Shown here piece by piece: positions 27,377 through 36,868 of a DNA stretch of 54,303 bases. The stretch is from Dehalococcoidia bacterium. GTDB lineage: Bacteria; Chloroflexota; Dehalococcoidia; Bin125. The DNA lies in the NCBI GenBank assembly GCA_022824765.1, contig JAJDZG010000083.1:1-54303 (forward strand), in the 5' to 3' direction. How positions within the stretch are numbered: position 1 is the stretch's first letter; every line of letters starts with the position of its first letter. Position numbers and translations under genes: made by a program. The notes beneath the pieces are model-generated. The model did not search any database. It had not been told where the DNA came from and saw nothing but the letters and a program-made list of their open reading frames with translations.

Positions 27377-28678
27377 CTACTCCAGCCGGCCGAGCGGGTC
27401 GACCGCCGCGCCGTTGATGATGATTTCGAAGTGTAAGTGCGCACCTGACGAGTTGCCGGTGTTGCCGACCGTGCCGATGAACTCGTTCGCGTCAACCCAC
27501 TGACCCTCCCAGACCCAAATCTCGTCCAGGTGCGCGTAGCGGGACTTGTACCCGCCGCCGTGGTCGATCTCAATCCAGTTGCCGTACGACGGCCCCCAGG
27601 TCGCGACCGAAATCTGTCCCGCAGCAGTCGAGCCGACGATCGTCCCGACCGGCGCCGTGAAGTCCACCCCCGTGTGATAGCCGTACGCGTTTCCCCGTGG
27701 TGTGCCGAACGGATCGCTGATCCGGTCGTAGCCGAGCGGCCATTTGAAGACCGGCGGCGACCACACGGCCGCGCCCCCTCCCCCGCCAGACGACACAGAC
27801 GGCGCAGAGACGACCGAGGCCGATCCCTGCACCAACAGCAGCGTCTGGCCAGCGTAGATCTGTTGCGGGTTGCTGATCTCGTTGGCAGGCCAGGCCAGAG
27901 TCAGCGCCTCGTCCGCCTGGAACTTGTGCATCAGCGACGAAAAGGCATCACCCGGCTGCACCGTGTAGACCAGGCCGTCCACCGGCGGCAACACGATCTC
28001 GTGGCCGATCGTCAGCTGGTTGGGGTCGTAGATGTCGAAGTTGTTGAAGAGCACCGTCGCCTCGTTCAGTCCGAAGGCGGCAGCGATGCTCGACGCGGTA
28101 TCGCCCGCCTCAATGACGTAGACGAACGAGACGGGCAACTGGACGCCGGCGCTCAGCCCCAGGTAGTCGCGCAACCGCGATGCGGGATCATCCAGAGTTG
28201 CCGCCCCGCTCCCCCCGCTACGCAATGTCGCGTCGGTCGCGGCCGTCTGCACGTCATCAACAGCTGATCCGTCTGCCGCTGCCGTTGTGTTCGCCGGACG
28301 GTTCGCCGCGCTGGTCGCCGAACTCGTTGACGGATCGTCCGCCAGGCGGACTGAGTCCGCCGTCGCTGACCCGCTCGTGGTCGCTCCCTCGATCGCTGGA
28401 GGCGCACTGGCCTCGACGGCCTCGGCCGTTGCCGCGGGAGCAGTCGACTGCGGCAGCTCAATCGTCACCGGCGGAAGCTGTTGCTGCACGGCAGCGGGGA
28501 GCCGAAGGTCGAACACGACCGATGCCATCGCTGCGATGGCGGCCGCGAGCACGATGATTAGCGAGGTACGGCGGTCAGCGGCGGCGACTCGCAGCAAGCG
28601 CGACCGGTCATCCAGCGCCCAACCGCCCAGTAGGTCGGCACCCGCGAACCGGCTTCGCGCCTCAGCTTGCCTCAGCAT
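27377..28678 (-). CDS. Membrane-anchored LysM + M23 peptidase
   Basis: TM segment, two LysM-like repeats (YVIEAGDT, YTVQPGD), M23 motifs HTGVD, YAHL, HLHFE. Confidence 0.9.
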   Translation of the reverse strand: MLRQAEARSRFAGADLLGGWALDDRSRLLRVAAADRRTSLIIVLAAAIAAMASVVFDLRLPAAVQQQLPPVTIELPQSTAPAATAEAVEASAPPAIEGATTSGSATADSVRLADDPSTSSATSAANRPANTTAAADGSAVDDVQTAATDATLRSGGSGAATLDDPASRLRDYLGLSAGVQLPVSFVYVIEAGDTASSIAAAFGLNEATVLFNNFDIYDPNQLTIGHEIVLPPVDGLVYTVQPGDAFSSLMHKFQADEALTLAWPANEISNPQQIYAGQTLLLVQGSASVVSAPSVSSGGGGGAAVWSPPVFKWPLGYDRISDPFGTPRGNAYGYHTGVDFTAPVGTIVGSTAAGQISVATWGPSYGNWIEIDHGGGYKSRYAHLDEIWVWEGQWVDANEFIGTVGNTGNSSGAHLHFEIIINGAAVDPLGRLE

Positions 28679-28769
28679 GGAGTCGTCCGCTCAGCGATCA
28701 TGATCCCATCTTAACGCAGCCCACCCAATCGGCATCGATCAGTGACCGCCGGATTGATCTCAGCCTCGC

Positions 28770-28798
28770 GTGACATCTCCCCTCGTCTGTGATACTAT
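28770..28798 (+). promoter_or_regulatory. Sigma70 promoter with extended -10
   Basis: GTGACA (28770-28775), 17 nt, TACTAT (28793-28798), with TG at 28790-28791. Confidence 0.7.
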
Positions 28799-28828
28799 GA
28801 CAGCGTCGGGACGAGAGAGGAGGCTCTC

Positions 28829-28894
28829 ATGCGCAAGCTGAATATCCACCTCGTCTTTGGAGTCCTTCAAGTCGACAGGCCAGGCTCCCACTAG
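28829..28894 (+). CDS. Unannotated 21-aa small ORF (MRKLNIHLVFGVLQVDRPGSH)
   Basis: GAGGAGG SD at 28817-28823, 5 nt before ATG; lies between a promoter and a terminator. Confidence 0.5.
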   Translation: MRKLNIHLVFGVLQVDRPGSH

Positions 28895-28913
28895 GGAGCC
28901 AGAGCCTCAGTAC

Positions 28914-28940
28914 AACGCCCCCGCAAAGGGGGCGTTTTCG
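28914..28940 (+). terminator. Intrinsic terminator
   Basis: AACGCCCCC-GCAAA-GGGGGCGTT followed by TTCG; short U-tract. Confidence 0.7.
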
Positions 28941-28969
28941 TATCTGCGGAATCTGCGAACATCGCGCCC

Positions 28970-29767
28970 ATGACTGAATCGTCCGGCCAGCATCAGGAAT
29001 CGATCGAGCGCGCCGCCGACTTGCTCGCGCAGTCTCGATACTGCATCGCCCTGACCGGCGCCGGCATTTCGGCCGAGTCGGGTATCCCCACCTTTCGCGG
29101 CAAGGACGGCCTCTGGACCAAGCACGGCGAACCGCCGCTGAACCAATACGAGCAGTTCTCCGCCGATCCCGCGCTGTGGTGGGAAAACGTCGCAGAACGC
29201 CGCCGCAACCCTGACGAGTTGACCGCCACAATCGCCGAGGCGCAGCCCAACGACGCCCACTACGCCATGGCCGAGCTGGAGCGCATTGGCGTCCTCAAGC
29301 ACATCATCACCCAGAACGTTGACGGCCTGCACCGCGCCGCGGGCGCTCAGTCCCTCACCGAGATTCACGGCTGCACCAGCCTGCTGCGCTGCATTGACTG
29401 CAACACGCGCTCGCCCTTTGACGAGCTGCCAGAACTCTTCCCGCCCCGCTGCGATCAGTGCGGCGGCATCGTCAAGACCGACACCGTGATGTTCGGCGAG
29501 CCGATTCCGCCCGATTGCCTGCAACGCTGCTACGAAGAGTCGTCCAAGGCAGACTGCGTGATCCTGGTCGGAACGACCGCCGTGGTCTCGCCCGCCGCGG
29601 ACTTCGCCTTCGCAATCGGACAGCGCGGACATCCGATGATCGAGGTCAATCTCGATCCCACGATCATCACCCAATACTGTGCGGTCGCAATCCATGATCG
29701 CGCCGGTGAGTTGATGTCTCGGATCGCGGCCGAAGTGAAACGCATCCAGTCCGATCCCGAGCCCTGA
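28970..29767 (+). CDS. cobB: NAD-dependent protein deacylase (sirtuin)
   Basis: TGAGISAESGIPTFRG, ITQNVDGLH, EIHG, CIDC...CDQC, FGE, VGT. Confidence 0.9.
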   Translation: MTESSGQHQESIERAADLLAQSRYCIALTGAGISAESGIPTFRGKDGLWTKHGEPPLNQYEQFSADPALWWENVAERRRNPDELTATIAEAQPNDAHYAMAELERIGVLKHIITQNVDGLHRAAGAQSLTEIHGCTSLLRCIDCNTRSPFDELPELFPPRCDQCGGIVKTDTVMFGEPIPPDCLQRCYEESSKADCVILVGTTAVVSPAADFAFAIGQRGHPMIEVNLDPTIITQYCAVAIHDRAGELMSRIAAEVKRIQSDPEP

Positions 29768-29802
29768 GCCGGGTTGGACAGATCGGTCCGTATACTCGCG
29801 GC

Positions 29803-31128
29803 ATGACCACCACCCCAAACCTCGGCATCAACTGGGACGACGTGACCGCAGAGATCACGTCAACCCTCCGCGACTTCCTGCGCATCAACACCTCCAACCC
29901 GCCGGGCAACGAGCAAGCGGCCGCTGAATGGCTCGCCACGCTGCTGGAACCTGAGGGCTACGAGTGCGAGTATGTCGAAGCCGGCCCAGGCCGCGTCTCA
30001 ATGCGCACCCGCCTCGCCGGCACCGGCGATGCGGCCCCGCTGATGCTGCTCAATCACACCGATGTCGTGCCCGTCCAAGAGGAATTCTGGGACGTCGATC
30101 CCTTCGCCGCCGTCGAGCAAGACGGCATGCTCTGGGGGCGCGGTGCGCTCGATATGAAGGGCATGGGCACCCTCGAACTGCTGATCATGCTGCTCTTCAA
30201 GCGACTCAAGCTGACCCCGCAGCGCGACATCATCTTCCTCGCCGTGGCCGACGAAGAAGCCGGCTCCGCCTTCGGCATGGAGTGGTTGGACCAAAACGAG
30301 CAGTCCTGGATTACCGAGCCCGAGTACGCGCTCAATGAGGGCGGCATGGGCGCCTTGAACATGCTCGGCTCCAACCGACCAGTCTTCGCCTGCGCGCCGT
30401 CCGAAAAGTCCCCGCTCTGGCTCAAGCTCCGTGCCGAAGGCCAGCCCGGACACGGCTCCACCCCGCACGGCGACAACGCCGTCGAGCGCCTGATTCGCGC
30501 GCTCTTCGCGATCCAGAACTGGGACCGCGCCGTGACGGTCCAGCCGCACACCGCCGAAGCCTTGCAGCGGATGCGCGACGCCAACGCCTGGCCCGGCTCC
30601 GCGCCCAGCGTGGCCCAGCTGTGCCAGACCTATCCCGCATTCGCCGCCGTCACCCGAGACACCATCTCCAACACCGGCGCGACCAGCGGGATCAAGCACA
30701 ACGTGATCCCCGCTGACGCCGAAGCCACGCTCGATTGCCGCCTCCTCCCCGGCGAAACCTACGACAGCTTCATCAAGCAGATGCGCGACGTGATCGACGA
30801 CGACAAGGTCGATGTCGAGGTCGTCTTCGGCAGTATGGGCCCATCGAGCAGCTTCGAGACCGAAATCGTGAGCGTGATTGAGGACGTCGTCCGCGAGCAG
30901 GTCGAGGGCGCGCTCGTCGTGCCGTCCACCTGCGTGGGCTTCACCGATTCGCGTGTGCTGCGTCGACATGGCGTACATTCCTATGGGTTCGTGCCGACCT
31001 TGATGGATGCCTCGCTCGCGGCCGGCGTGCACGGACACAACGAGCGCACTCCGATCGAAGGCCTGAACACCGGCATCCAGATCCTCTTTGAAGTCGTGCG
31101 GCGCTTCACCAACGCGCAGCGACTCTAG
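29803..31128 (+). CDS. M20-family metallo-hydrolase
   Basis: NHTDVVP, GRGALDMKG, DEE, NEGG, GHGS, FTD, HGHNE. Confidence 0.92.
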   Translation: MTTTPNLGINWDDVTAEITSTLRDFLRINTSNPPGNEQAAAEWLATLLEPEGYECEYVEAGPGRVSMRTRLAGTGDAAPLMLLNHTDVVPVQEEFWDVDPFAAVEQDGMLWGRGALDMKGMGTLELLIMLLFKRLKLTPQRDIIFLAVADEEAGSAFGMEWLDQNEQSWITEPEYALNEGGMGALNMLGSNRPVFACAPSEKSPLWLKLRAEGQPGHGSTPHGDNAVERLIRALFAIQNWDRAVTVQPHTAEALQRMRDANAWPGSAPSVAQLCQTYPAFAAVTRDTISNTGATSGIKHNVIPADAEATLDCRLLPGETYDSFIKQMRDVIDDDKVDVEVVFGSMGPSSSFETEIVSVIEDVVREQVEGALVVPSTCVGFTDSRVLRRHGVHSYGFVPTLMDASLAAGVHGHNERTPIEGLNTGIQILFEVVRRFTNAQRL

Positions 31129-31171
31129 CCGCCGTCCCGACTCCATTCCATCGTCAACAGGAGGTTGCATC

Positions 31172-31984
31172 GTGCGTCACTCACAGCTGGACGGTCAATG
31201 GGCGCTGATTTTGGGCGCGTCGTCAGGCTTTGGCGGCACGACCGCGGTCGCCTTGGCCGAGGCCGGCATGAACATCGCCGGTGTCCACCTCGATCGACGC
31301 TCGACGATGGCGAACGTGGACCGGATCACCTCTGAGATTGCCTCACACGGCCGAGAGGCGCACTTCGTCAACATGAACGCCGCCGACCCCGCCAAGCGCG
31401 CCGACATGCTGGACGACCTGAAGGCCAAACTCGACGCATCCGACGGACCCGCAACGGTCAGGATCATGCTGCATTCATTGGCCTTCGGGACACTAGGACC
31501 GTACATCGGCGAGGCGGACGACCGACCGATCACGCAGCGTCAGATGGAAATGACGCTGGATGTGATGGCCAACTCCGTCGTCTACTGGTCCCAGGACATG
31601 ATGGCGCGCGGACTGCTCGGCGCGGGCAGCAAGATCTATGGCATGACCTCCGGCGGCGACGTCCGGGTCATTCCCCAGTACGGCGCCGTCTCAGCGGCCA
31701 AGGCCGCACTGGCGGCCCACTTGCGACAGCTCGCCGTCGAGCTCGCTCCCATGGGTGTGGCGGCCAACGCGATCAAGGCCGGCATCACGCACACCCCAGC
31801 GCTCGAGAAGATTCCCGCCGGCATGCAGCTGCTCGACTTCGCAGAGAATCACAACCCTTCCGGTCGCGTCACCGAGCCGGCCGACATCGCCCGCGCCATC
31901 ATCGGGCTCAGCCTCGACGACTCCAACTGGGTCACGGGCAACACCATCAACGTCGACGGCGGCGAAGACATCACAGTGCTCTAA
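31172..31984 (+). CDS. SDR, FabL-like enoyl-ACP/CoA reductase
   Basis: AGGAGG RBS before GTG 31172; LILGASSGFG; YxxxxxxK motif YGAVSAAK; TPAL; VDGGE. Confidence 0.8.
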   Translation: MRHSQLDGQWALILGASSGFGGTTAVALAEAGMNIAGVHLDRRSTMANVDRITSEIASHGREAHFVNMNAADPAKRADMLDDLKAKLDASDGPATVRIMLHSLAFGTLGPYIGEADDRPITQRQMEMTLDVMANSVVYWSQDMMARGLLGAGSKIYGMTSGGDVRVIPQYGAVSAAKAALAAHLRQLAVELAPMGVAANAIKAGITHTPALEKIPAGMQLLDFAENHNPSGRVTEPADIARAIIGLSLDDSNWVTGNTINVDGGEDITVL

Positions 31985-32056
31985 CTCGTCATTCGGCATA
32001 CCAGCCAAGCCCCGTCAAACCAGCGAAACCCCGTCATTCCAGCTTGTCTGGAATCC
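31985..32056. repeat. Degenerate REP-like repeats ending in a hairpin
   Basis: Three CGTCA units and three CCAGC units; hairpin ATTCCAG-CTTGT-CTGGAAT at 32036-32054. Confidence 0.4.
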
Positions 32057-32121
32057 CGCCCCTCGTTGCTAGACTGCACCCACTCTCCTCACGATGGACT
32101 GGAGCAAGACAGGAACATGGC

Positions 32122-33312
32122 ATGAGCGATCCAATTCGAGGACAGACAGCGATCTGCGGTCTCGGCATCACAGAAATGGGCAAGGTCTACGGACACGACG
32201 CCTCGTGGTTCGCCGGTGAGGCGATCCGCCTCGCCGTTGAAGACGCCGGACTCCAGAAGGACGACCTGGACGGTCTGCTGATCAACCCAGGCATCACCGG
32301 AATGATGGGTACGGGCATCAGCATTCCCCTCCAGAACTATCTCGGCCTGCGCAACCTGCGCCTGCTCAATCACATGAACTCATTCGGCGCAACCGCCTCC
32401 GCGATGGTCCACTTTGCGGCCATGGCCGTGCATCACGGCATGGCCAACTACGTCGCCTGCGTCTTCTCCGACGCTCCACTGCAGCAGGGCGGATCCGCCG
32501 GCGCCGCCTACGGCGGCGCGGGACGCCGCGGACCGACCGGTATGGCCTCGCTCATGCCGGCCTTCGGCTTCTACGGCGCCAACACGTCCTACGCGCTCGC
32601 TGCGCGACGCTACATGGAGCAGTACGGAATCACCAACAACGACCTCGGCCGCGTCTCCGTGACCCAGCGCCGCTACGCCGTCGACAATCCGCACGCAACC
32701 ATGCGCCAGCCCTTGACGCTCGAGGATTACCACAACTCGCGCTGGATCGTAGATCCGTTCCACCTGCTCGACTGCTGCCTCGTCTCCAATGGAGCGGTCT
32801 GCACGATCGTGACGACCGCCGAACGGGCCAAGGACCTCCCCTCATCGCCGGCCTACATCTGGGGCATGGGACAGGGCCACCCGGGCAACCTGCCCCACGC
32901 CGAAGTCGAGACCTACACCACGTCCGGTGCCACCATCGCCGGTGAGACCGCCTACAACATGGCCGGCGTCGGACCCGAAGACGTCGACATCTGCGAGTTC
33001 TACGACTGCTACACCTACACAGTGCTACGCACGATCGAGGACTACGGGCTGGCCAAGCCCGGCGAGGCGATCGGACTCTACCCCGACGACCCGTCCGACC
33101 CCGAGGCCGATCTGCCACTGATCAACACCGGCGGCGGACAGCTCTCCTCCTACTACATGTGGGGCATGACGCCAATCTCCGAGGGCGTCATCCAGGCCCG
33201 CGGATCGGGCGGCGACCGCCAGGTCGAGCAGCATGACATCGTGCTCTGCTCCGGCAACGGCGGCACGCTCGACACACACGGCACCCTGATCCTCTCGCCC
33301 AACGCCAACTAG
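32122..33312 (+). CDS. Thiolase-fold protein, SCP-x/Ltp2 type
   Basis: AICGLG, PFHLLDCCLVSNGA, FYDCYT, NTGGGQLS; lacks the CASG nucleophile; start revised to ATG 32122. Confidence 0.88.
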   Translation: MSDPIRGQTAICGLGITEMGKVYGHDASWFAGEAIRLAVEDAGLQKDDLDGLLINPGITGMMGTGISIPLQNYLGLRNLRLLNHMNSFGATASAMVHFAAMAVHHGMANYVACVFSDAPLQQGGSAGAAYGGAGRRGPTGMASLMPAFGFYGANTSYALAARRYMEQYGITNNDLGRVSVTQRRYAVDNPHATMRQPLTLEDYHNSRWIVDPFHLLDCCLVSNGAVCTIVTTAERAKDLPSSPAYIWGMGQGHPGNLPHAEVETYTTSGATIAGETAYNMAGVGPEDVDICEFYDCYTYTVLRTIEDYGLAKPGEAIGLYPDDPSDPEADLPLINTGGGQLSSYYMWGMTPISEGVIQARGSGGDRQVEQHDIVLCSGNGGTLDTHGTLILSPNAN

Positions 33313-33321
33313 GAAGCGCTC

Positions 33322-33726
33322 ATGGCATACGACAAGCCGCTCCCCAACCCCGACGAGCAAACACAGCCGTTCTTCGACGCGCTGCAGAACCACAAGCTGC
33401 TCCTGCAGTACTTCCCATCCGCCGACCATTACCAGTTCCCCTTCAGCGACCGCTGCTACAAGGATTGGTCGACCGATTGGGAATGGCGCGAGTCGACCGG
33501 CTCAGGCGAGGTCTACTCCTGGGTGCGGATGCATCAGCTCTACCACCCATCGTGGAAGGCAGAGATTCCCTACACGCTCGCCGTGGTCCAGCTCGACGAG
33601 GGCCCGCGCATGAACACCAACCTGGTCAATGTCCAGGCCGACGACATCAAGGTCGGCATGCGCGTGCAAGTCGTCTTCGATGACGTCACCAACGAGTTCA
33701 CCTTGCCCAAGTTCGAGCCCGCCTGA
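33322..33726 (+). CDS. DUF35 (ChsH2-like) OB-fold protein
   Basis: KPLP, PFF, GSGEVYSW, PYTLAVVQLDEGPRM, VGMRVQVVF; adjacent to the thiolase-fold gene. Confidence 0.9.
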   Translation: MAYDKPLPNPDEQTQPFFDALQNHKLLLQYFPSADHYQFPFSDRCYKDWSTDWEWRESTGSGEVYSWVRMHQLYHPSWKAEIPYTLAVVQLDEGPRMNTNLVNVQADDIKVGMRVQVVFDDVTNEFTLPKFEPA

Positions 33727-33762
33727 GCGACAAGCTGCTCGGTCGCCGCGCCCGCCCATATC

Positions 33763-33793
33763 CTGACAAACGCCGTTCCGATTCCTCTATAAT
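33763..33793 (+). promoter_or_regulatory. Possible sigma70 promoter
   Basis: Perfect TATAAT at 33788-33793; CTGACA upstream with a 19-nt spacer, which is long. Confidence 0.45.
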
Positions 33794-33838
33794 CAGTCAA
33801 CCAGGCCCCGCCACTCGTTTGCAGATTGGAGAGATCGC

Positions 33839-34309
33839 ATGATCGAGACACTGGTCAGCATTGGCAAGCGCGTTCCGCTCTCTTTGGTGCTCGTCCTGCA
33901 CTGGGGGCTGTTCTGGTTGTTCAATGGCATCGACAAGTTCGCCAACAACAACTTCGGCGTCACCTTCAGCGAACATCTGCGGCTCAATCTGTTGCCCAAC
34001 ATCGGCATCGGCGACGGTGAAGCTGACCCCAGTTCCACGCTCCCCGAAATCATGGCCTACCTCGTCGGCATCGCCGAGATCGGGCTCGGCGTCGTCTTCC
34101 TGCTCACCGTCGGACTGTTCGTCCAAAAGCACGCGCAGCGTTGGGACCTGGCCAACATCGGACTCACGCTCAGCGTCCTGATGTTCCTCGTGCTCTCATT
34201 CGGTACGATCATCCTGGGCGACCGCAACGCGCTGCTGCAGCATGGCGTCTTCATCGGCACGCTGCTGCTGACCGCCATGACGTTGCGGCACTTCCAGAGC
34301 CAGGAATAG
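33839..34309 (+). CDS. Four-TM membrane protein (DoxX-like)
   Basis: Four hydrophobic segments; W...NGIDKF; GIAE; GGAGA RBS. Confidence 0.7.
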   Translation: MIETLVSIGKRVPLSLVLVLHWGLFWLFNGIDKFANNNFGVTFSEHLRLNLLPNIGIGDGEADPSSTLPEIMAYLVGIAEIGLGVVFLLTVGLFVQKHAQRWDLANIGLTLSVLMFLVLSFGTIILGDRNALLQHGVFIGTLLLTAMTLRHFQSQE

Positions 34310-34331
34310 ACCGGCGCAGAGGTCGACAACG

Positions 34332-35612
34332 TTGACTCCAACAGAGGCAGGCGACGGAATCCCGGATTCCGCCGAGTGGCGCGCGCCGCTCGACGGCGTG
34401 CGCGTGATCGACTTCACCTGGATCGTCGCAGGGCCGACCTGTACACGACTGCTCGGTGACCTCGGCGCGGAAGTGATCCGCGTCGAGAACGAGCAGACGC
34501 TCGACTCGATTCGCTTCGGCCGTCCCCATCCGAACGGCTTCGACCCGCCCAACTCCAGCGGCATGTTCAACTGGCTGGACCGCAACAAGCGATCAATCAC
34601 CATCAACGCCCGCCATCCAGACGGACTGGCACTGATCAAGCAGCTGATCCGCGTCTCCGACGTGCTCGTCGAGAACTACTCCTCGCGCATCCTCGAGAAC
34701 TGGGGGCTGAGCTACGCGGAGCAATGCGCCGAAAATCCGCAGATCATCTACGTCTCGCTCTCCGGATTCGGACACTCCGGTCCACAGCGCGACTACTCGA
34801 CCTGGGGACCGACGGCGCAAGCGTTGAGCGGACTGACCTCAATGTCGGGCTTGCCCGAGGCACCCGAGCCAGCCGGCTGGGGATATTCCTACCTCGATCA
34901 CATGGCGGGCTTCACGGCCGCAGCGGCGATCACCGCCGCTCTGCGACATCGACGCGAGACCGGCCAGGGGCAGTGGATCGATCTCTCGCAGGTCGAAACC
35001 GGCATGGCCCTGACCGCCGGCGCCACCCTCGACTTCACGGTCAACGATCGGCGCTATCGCCAAACTGGCAATCCACCCGGCAACCGCGCCGTCTGGCCGC
35101 AGTCCGCGCCGCACAACACCTACCCCACCGCCGGCGATGACAACTGGATCATGATCACCTGCACCTCCGACGCCGAATGGGAGCGCTTCTGCGAGATCAG
35201 CGACCACCCGCATTGGCGATCGGACAGCCGCTTCGCCACGCTGCCCGCCCGGCTCCGACACGAGGACGAGCTCGACGAACAGATTGGCTCGTGGACGGCG
35301 GGTCAGGACGGTCGTGCGCTGATGCAGCGTCTGCAAGCCGCCGACGTGCCAGCCGGCGTCGTCCAAAACGGTCTGGACCTGGTCGTCAACGATCCCCAGA
35401 TGCACGCTCGCGAGTGGACGGCGACGCGCGACCACCCCATCATCGGTGAGCACCTGACCGACGGACTGCAGATTCGATTCTCTCGCACGCCAGCCCACCG
35501 CGACCGCGCAGCTCCAGTGCTCGGTGAGGCCAACCACTACGTCTTCAGCGATCTGCTCGGTCTCAGCGATACACAAATCGCCGAGCTGCATGAGAACGGT
35601 GCGTTGGGATGA
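34332..35612 (+). CDS. Family III CoA-transferase (CaiB/BaiF), catalytic-type subunit
   Basis: PLDGVRVIDFT, AGP, LGAEVIRVE, RNKRSI, LDHMAG (catalytic Asp position), APVLGE. Confidence 0.92.
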   Translation: MTPTEAGDGIPDSAEWRAPLDGVRVIDFTWIVAGPTCTRLLGDLGAEVIRVENEQTLDSIRFGRPHPNGFDPPNSSGMFNWLDRNKRSITINARHPDGLALIKQLIRVSDVLVENYSSRILENWGLSYAEQCAENPQIIYVSLSGFGHSGPQRDYSTWGPTAQALSGLTSMSGLPEAPEPAGWGYSYLDHMAGFTAAAAITAALRHRRETGQGQWIDLSQVETGMALTAGATLDFTVNDRRYRQTGNPPGNRAVWPQSAPHNTYPTAGDDNWIMITCTSDAEWERFCEISDHPHWRSDSRFATLPARLRHEDELDEQIGSWTAGQDGRALMQRLQAADVPAGVVQNGLDLVVNDPQMHAREWTATRDHPIIGEHLTDGLQIRFSRTPAHRDRAAPVLGEANHYVFSDLLGLSDTQIAELHENGALG

Positions 35613-36868
35613 CGACTGACACTCATGCGAGGGCGTTGGCGGGCATCCGCGTGCTCGATTGCTCGGACCCAAAAGGTCACTTCACCGGCAAGCTGCTGGC
35701 TGGCCTGGGCGCCGACGTGATTCAGATCGAACCCCCCGGCGGCAGCCCCGGACGCGCGATCGGCCCCTTCCTCGACGATCAGCCGGGACTCGAACGCAGC
35801 CTCTACTGGTGGCACTACGCCGGCGGCAAGCGATCAGTGGTGCTGGACCTCTACTCCGACGACGGACTCGACGTCTTCTTGCAGATGGCAGAGTCGGCCG
35901 ACGTGGTGCTTGAGACCTGGCAACCCGGCCGTGATCGGCCCTTCGATCCTCTCGCGTTGGCCGAGCACCTGCCTGAACTCGTCGTCCTCAGCCTGACGCC
36001 GTTCGGACAGACCGGACCATGGCGTGATTTCTCCTGGTCCGACGCCGTCGGACTGGCACTCGGCGGGCCGATGGGCAGCTGCGGCTACGACAACATCCCG
36101 GGCACACCGCCCATTCGACCCACGGAGCACCATGCATCGCACATCGCCGGCTACTACGCGGCGACCGGCATCTGCGCGGCGCTCTACGAGCGGCAGTCGA
36201 GCGGTCTGGGACAGCACCTCGACGTGTCCATGCACGAATGCATGGGATTCACCATCGAGTCATCGGCACCGTGGGCGCTCTACGAGCAGCATCCCCTGAT
36301 CCGCCAGGCCGGACGCCATGCCGGCCCACAGCCGACCGAACCCTGGCAATATCCGACAGCCGATGGGCGGCTCATCAACATCTTCGGCATGCCTCGCTCG
36401 GAGGCCAGCTGGCTCAGCCTGGTGGCGTTCATTCAGTCCAAGGGCTTGGGCGACCGGCTCTCCGACGTCGAGTTGCTCGACGGTCGCAAGCGGCAGCTCG
36501 GACTCCAACAACCCAGCGTCGCCATGATGTTGGCCGACATCGCCGAGTTCATCGCGGCGAATGAGGCCGAAGAGATATACGCTGGCGCACAGGCAGCCGG
36601 TGCCGCTTGGAGCATCATCAGAACGCCGGACGAGTGCCTCTCCGACGAGCATTGGCACGCACGCGGCTTCTTCGTCGACGTGGAGCATGAGGAACACGGT
36701 CGTACAGTGACATTCCCCGGCGCGCCGTACGTCTTAAGCGAAACGCCGTGGCAGCATGGTCGGCGTGCGCCGCTGCTTGGCGAGCACACCTCCGATCTGC
36801 TCTGCGGAGAACTGGGGCTGAGTACAGAAGAGCTGGCCATGCTAGTCGCGGCAGGAGTCGCACAATGA
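35609..36868 (+). CDS. Family III CoA-transferase, partner subunit
   Basis: ALAGIRVLD, LGADVIQIEPPGG, GKRSVVLDL, APLLGEH; His at the Asp position; 4-nt overlap with the previous gene. Confidence 0.9.
   Translation: MTTDTHARALAGIRVLDCSDPKGHFTGKLLAGLGADVIQIEPPGGSPGRAIGPFLDDQPGLERSLYWWHYAGGKRSVVLDLYSDDGLDVFLQMAESADVVLETWQPGRDRPFDPLALAEHLPELVVLSLTPFGQTGPWRDFSWSDAVGLALGGPMGSCGYDNIPGTPPIRPTEHHASHIAGYYAATGICAALYERQSSGLGQHLDVSMHECMGFTIESSAPWALYEQHPLIRQAGRHAGPQPTEPWQYPTADGRLINIFGMPRSEASWLSLVAFIQSKGLGDRLSDVELLDGRKRQLGLQQPSVAMMLADIAEFIAANEAEEIYAGAQAAGAAWSIIRTPDECLSDEHWHARGFFVDVEHEEHGRTVTFPGAPYVLSETPWQHGRRAPLLGEHTSDLLCGELGLSTEELAMLVAAGVAQ

Noticed and set aside
28672-28713. Leaderless minus-strand uORF MIAERTTPC ending in TGA, upstream of the M23 gene
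   Set aside because: TAAGAT-6-ATG is present, but nine codons with no other support is too weak; read-through gives no protein-like sequence.
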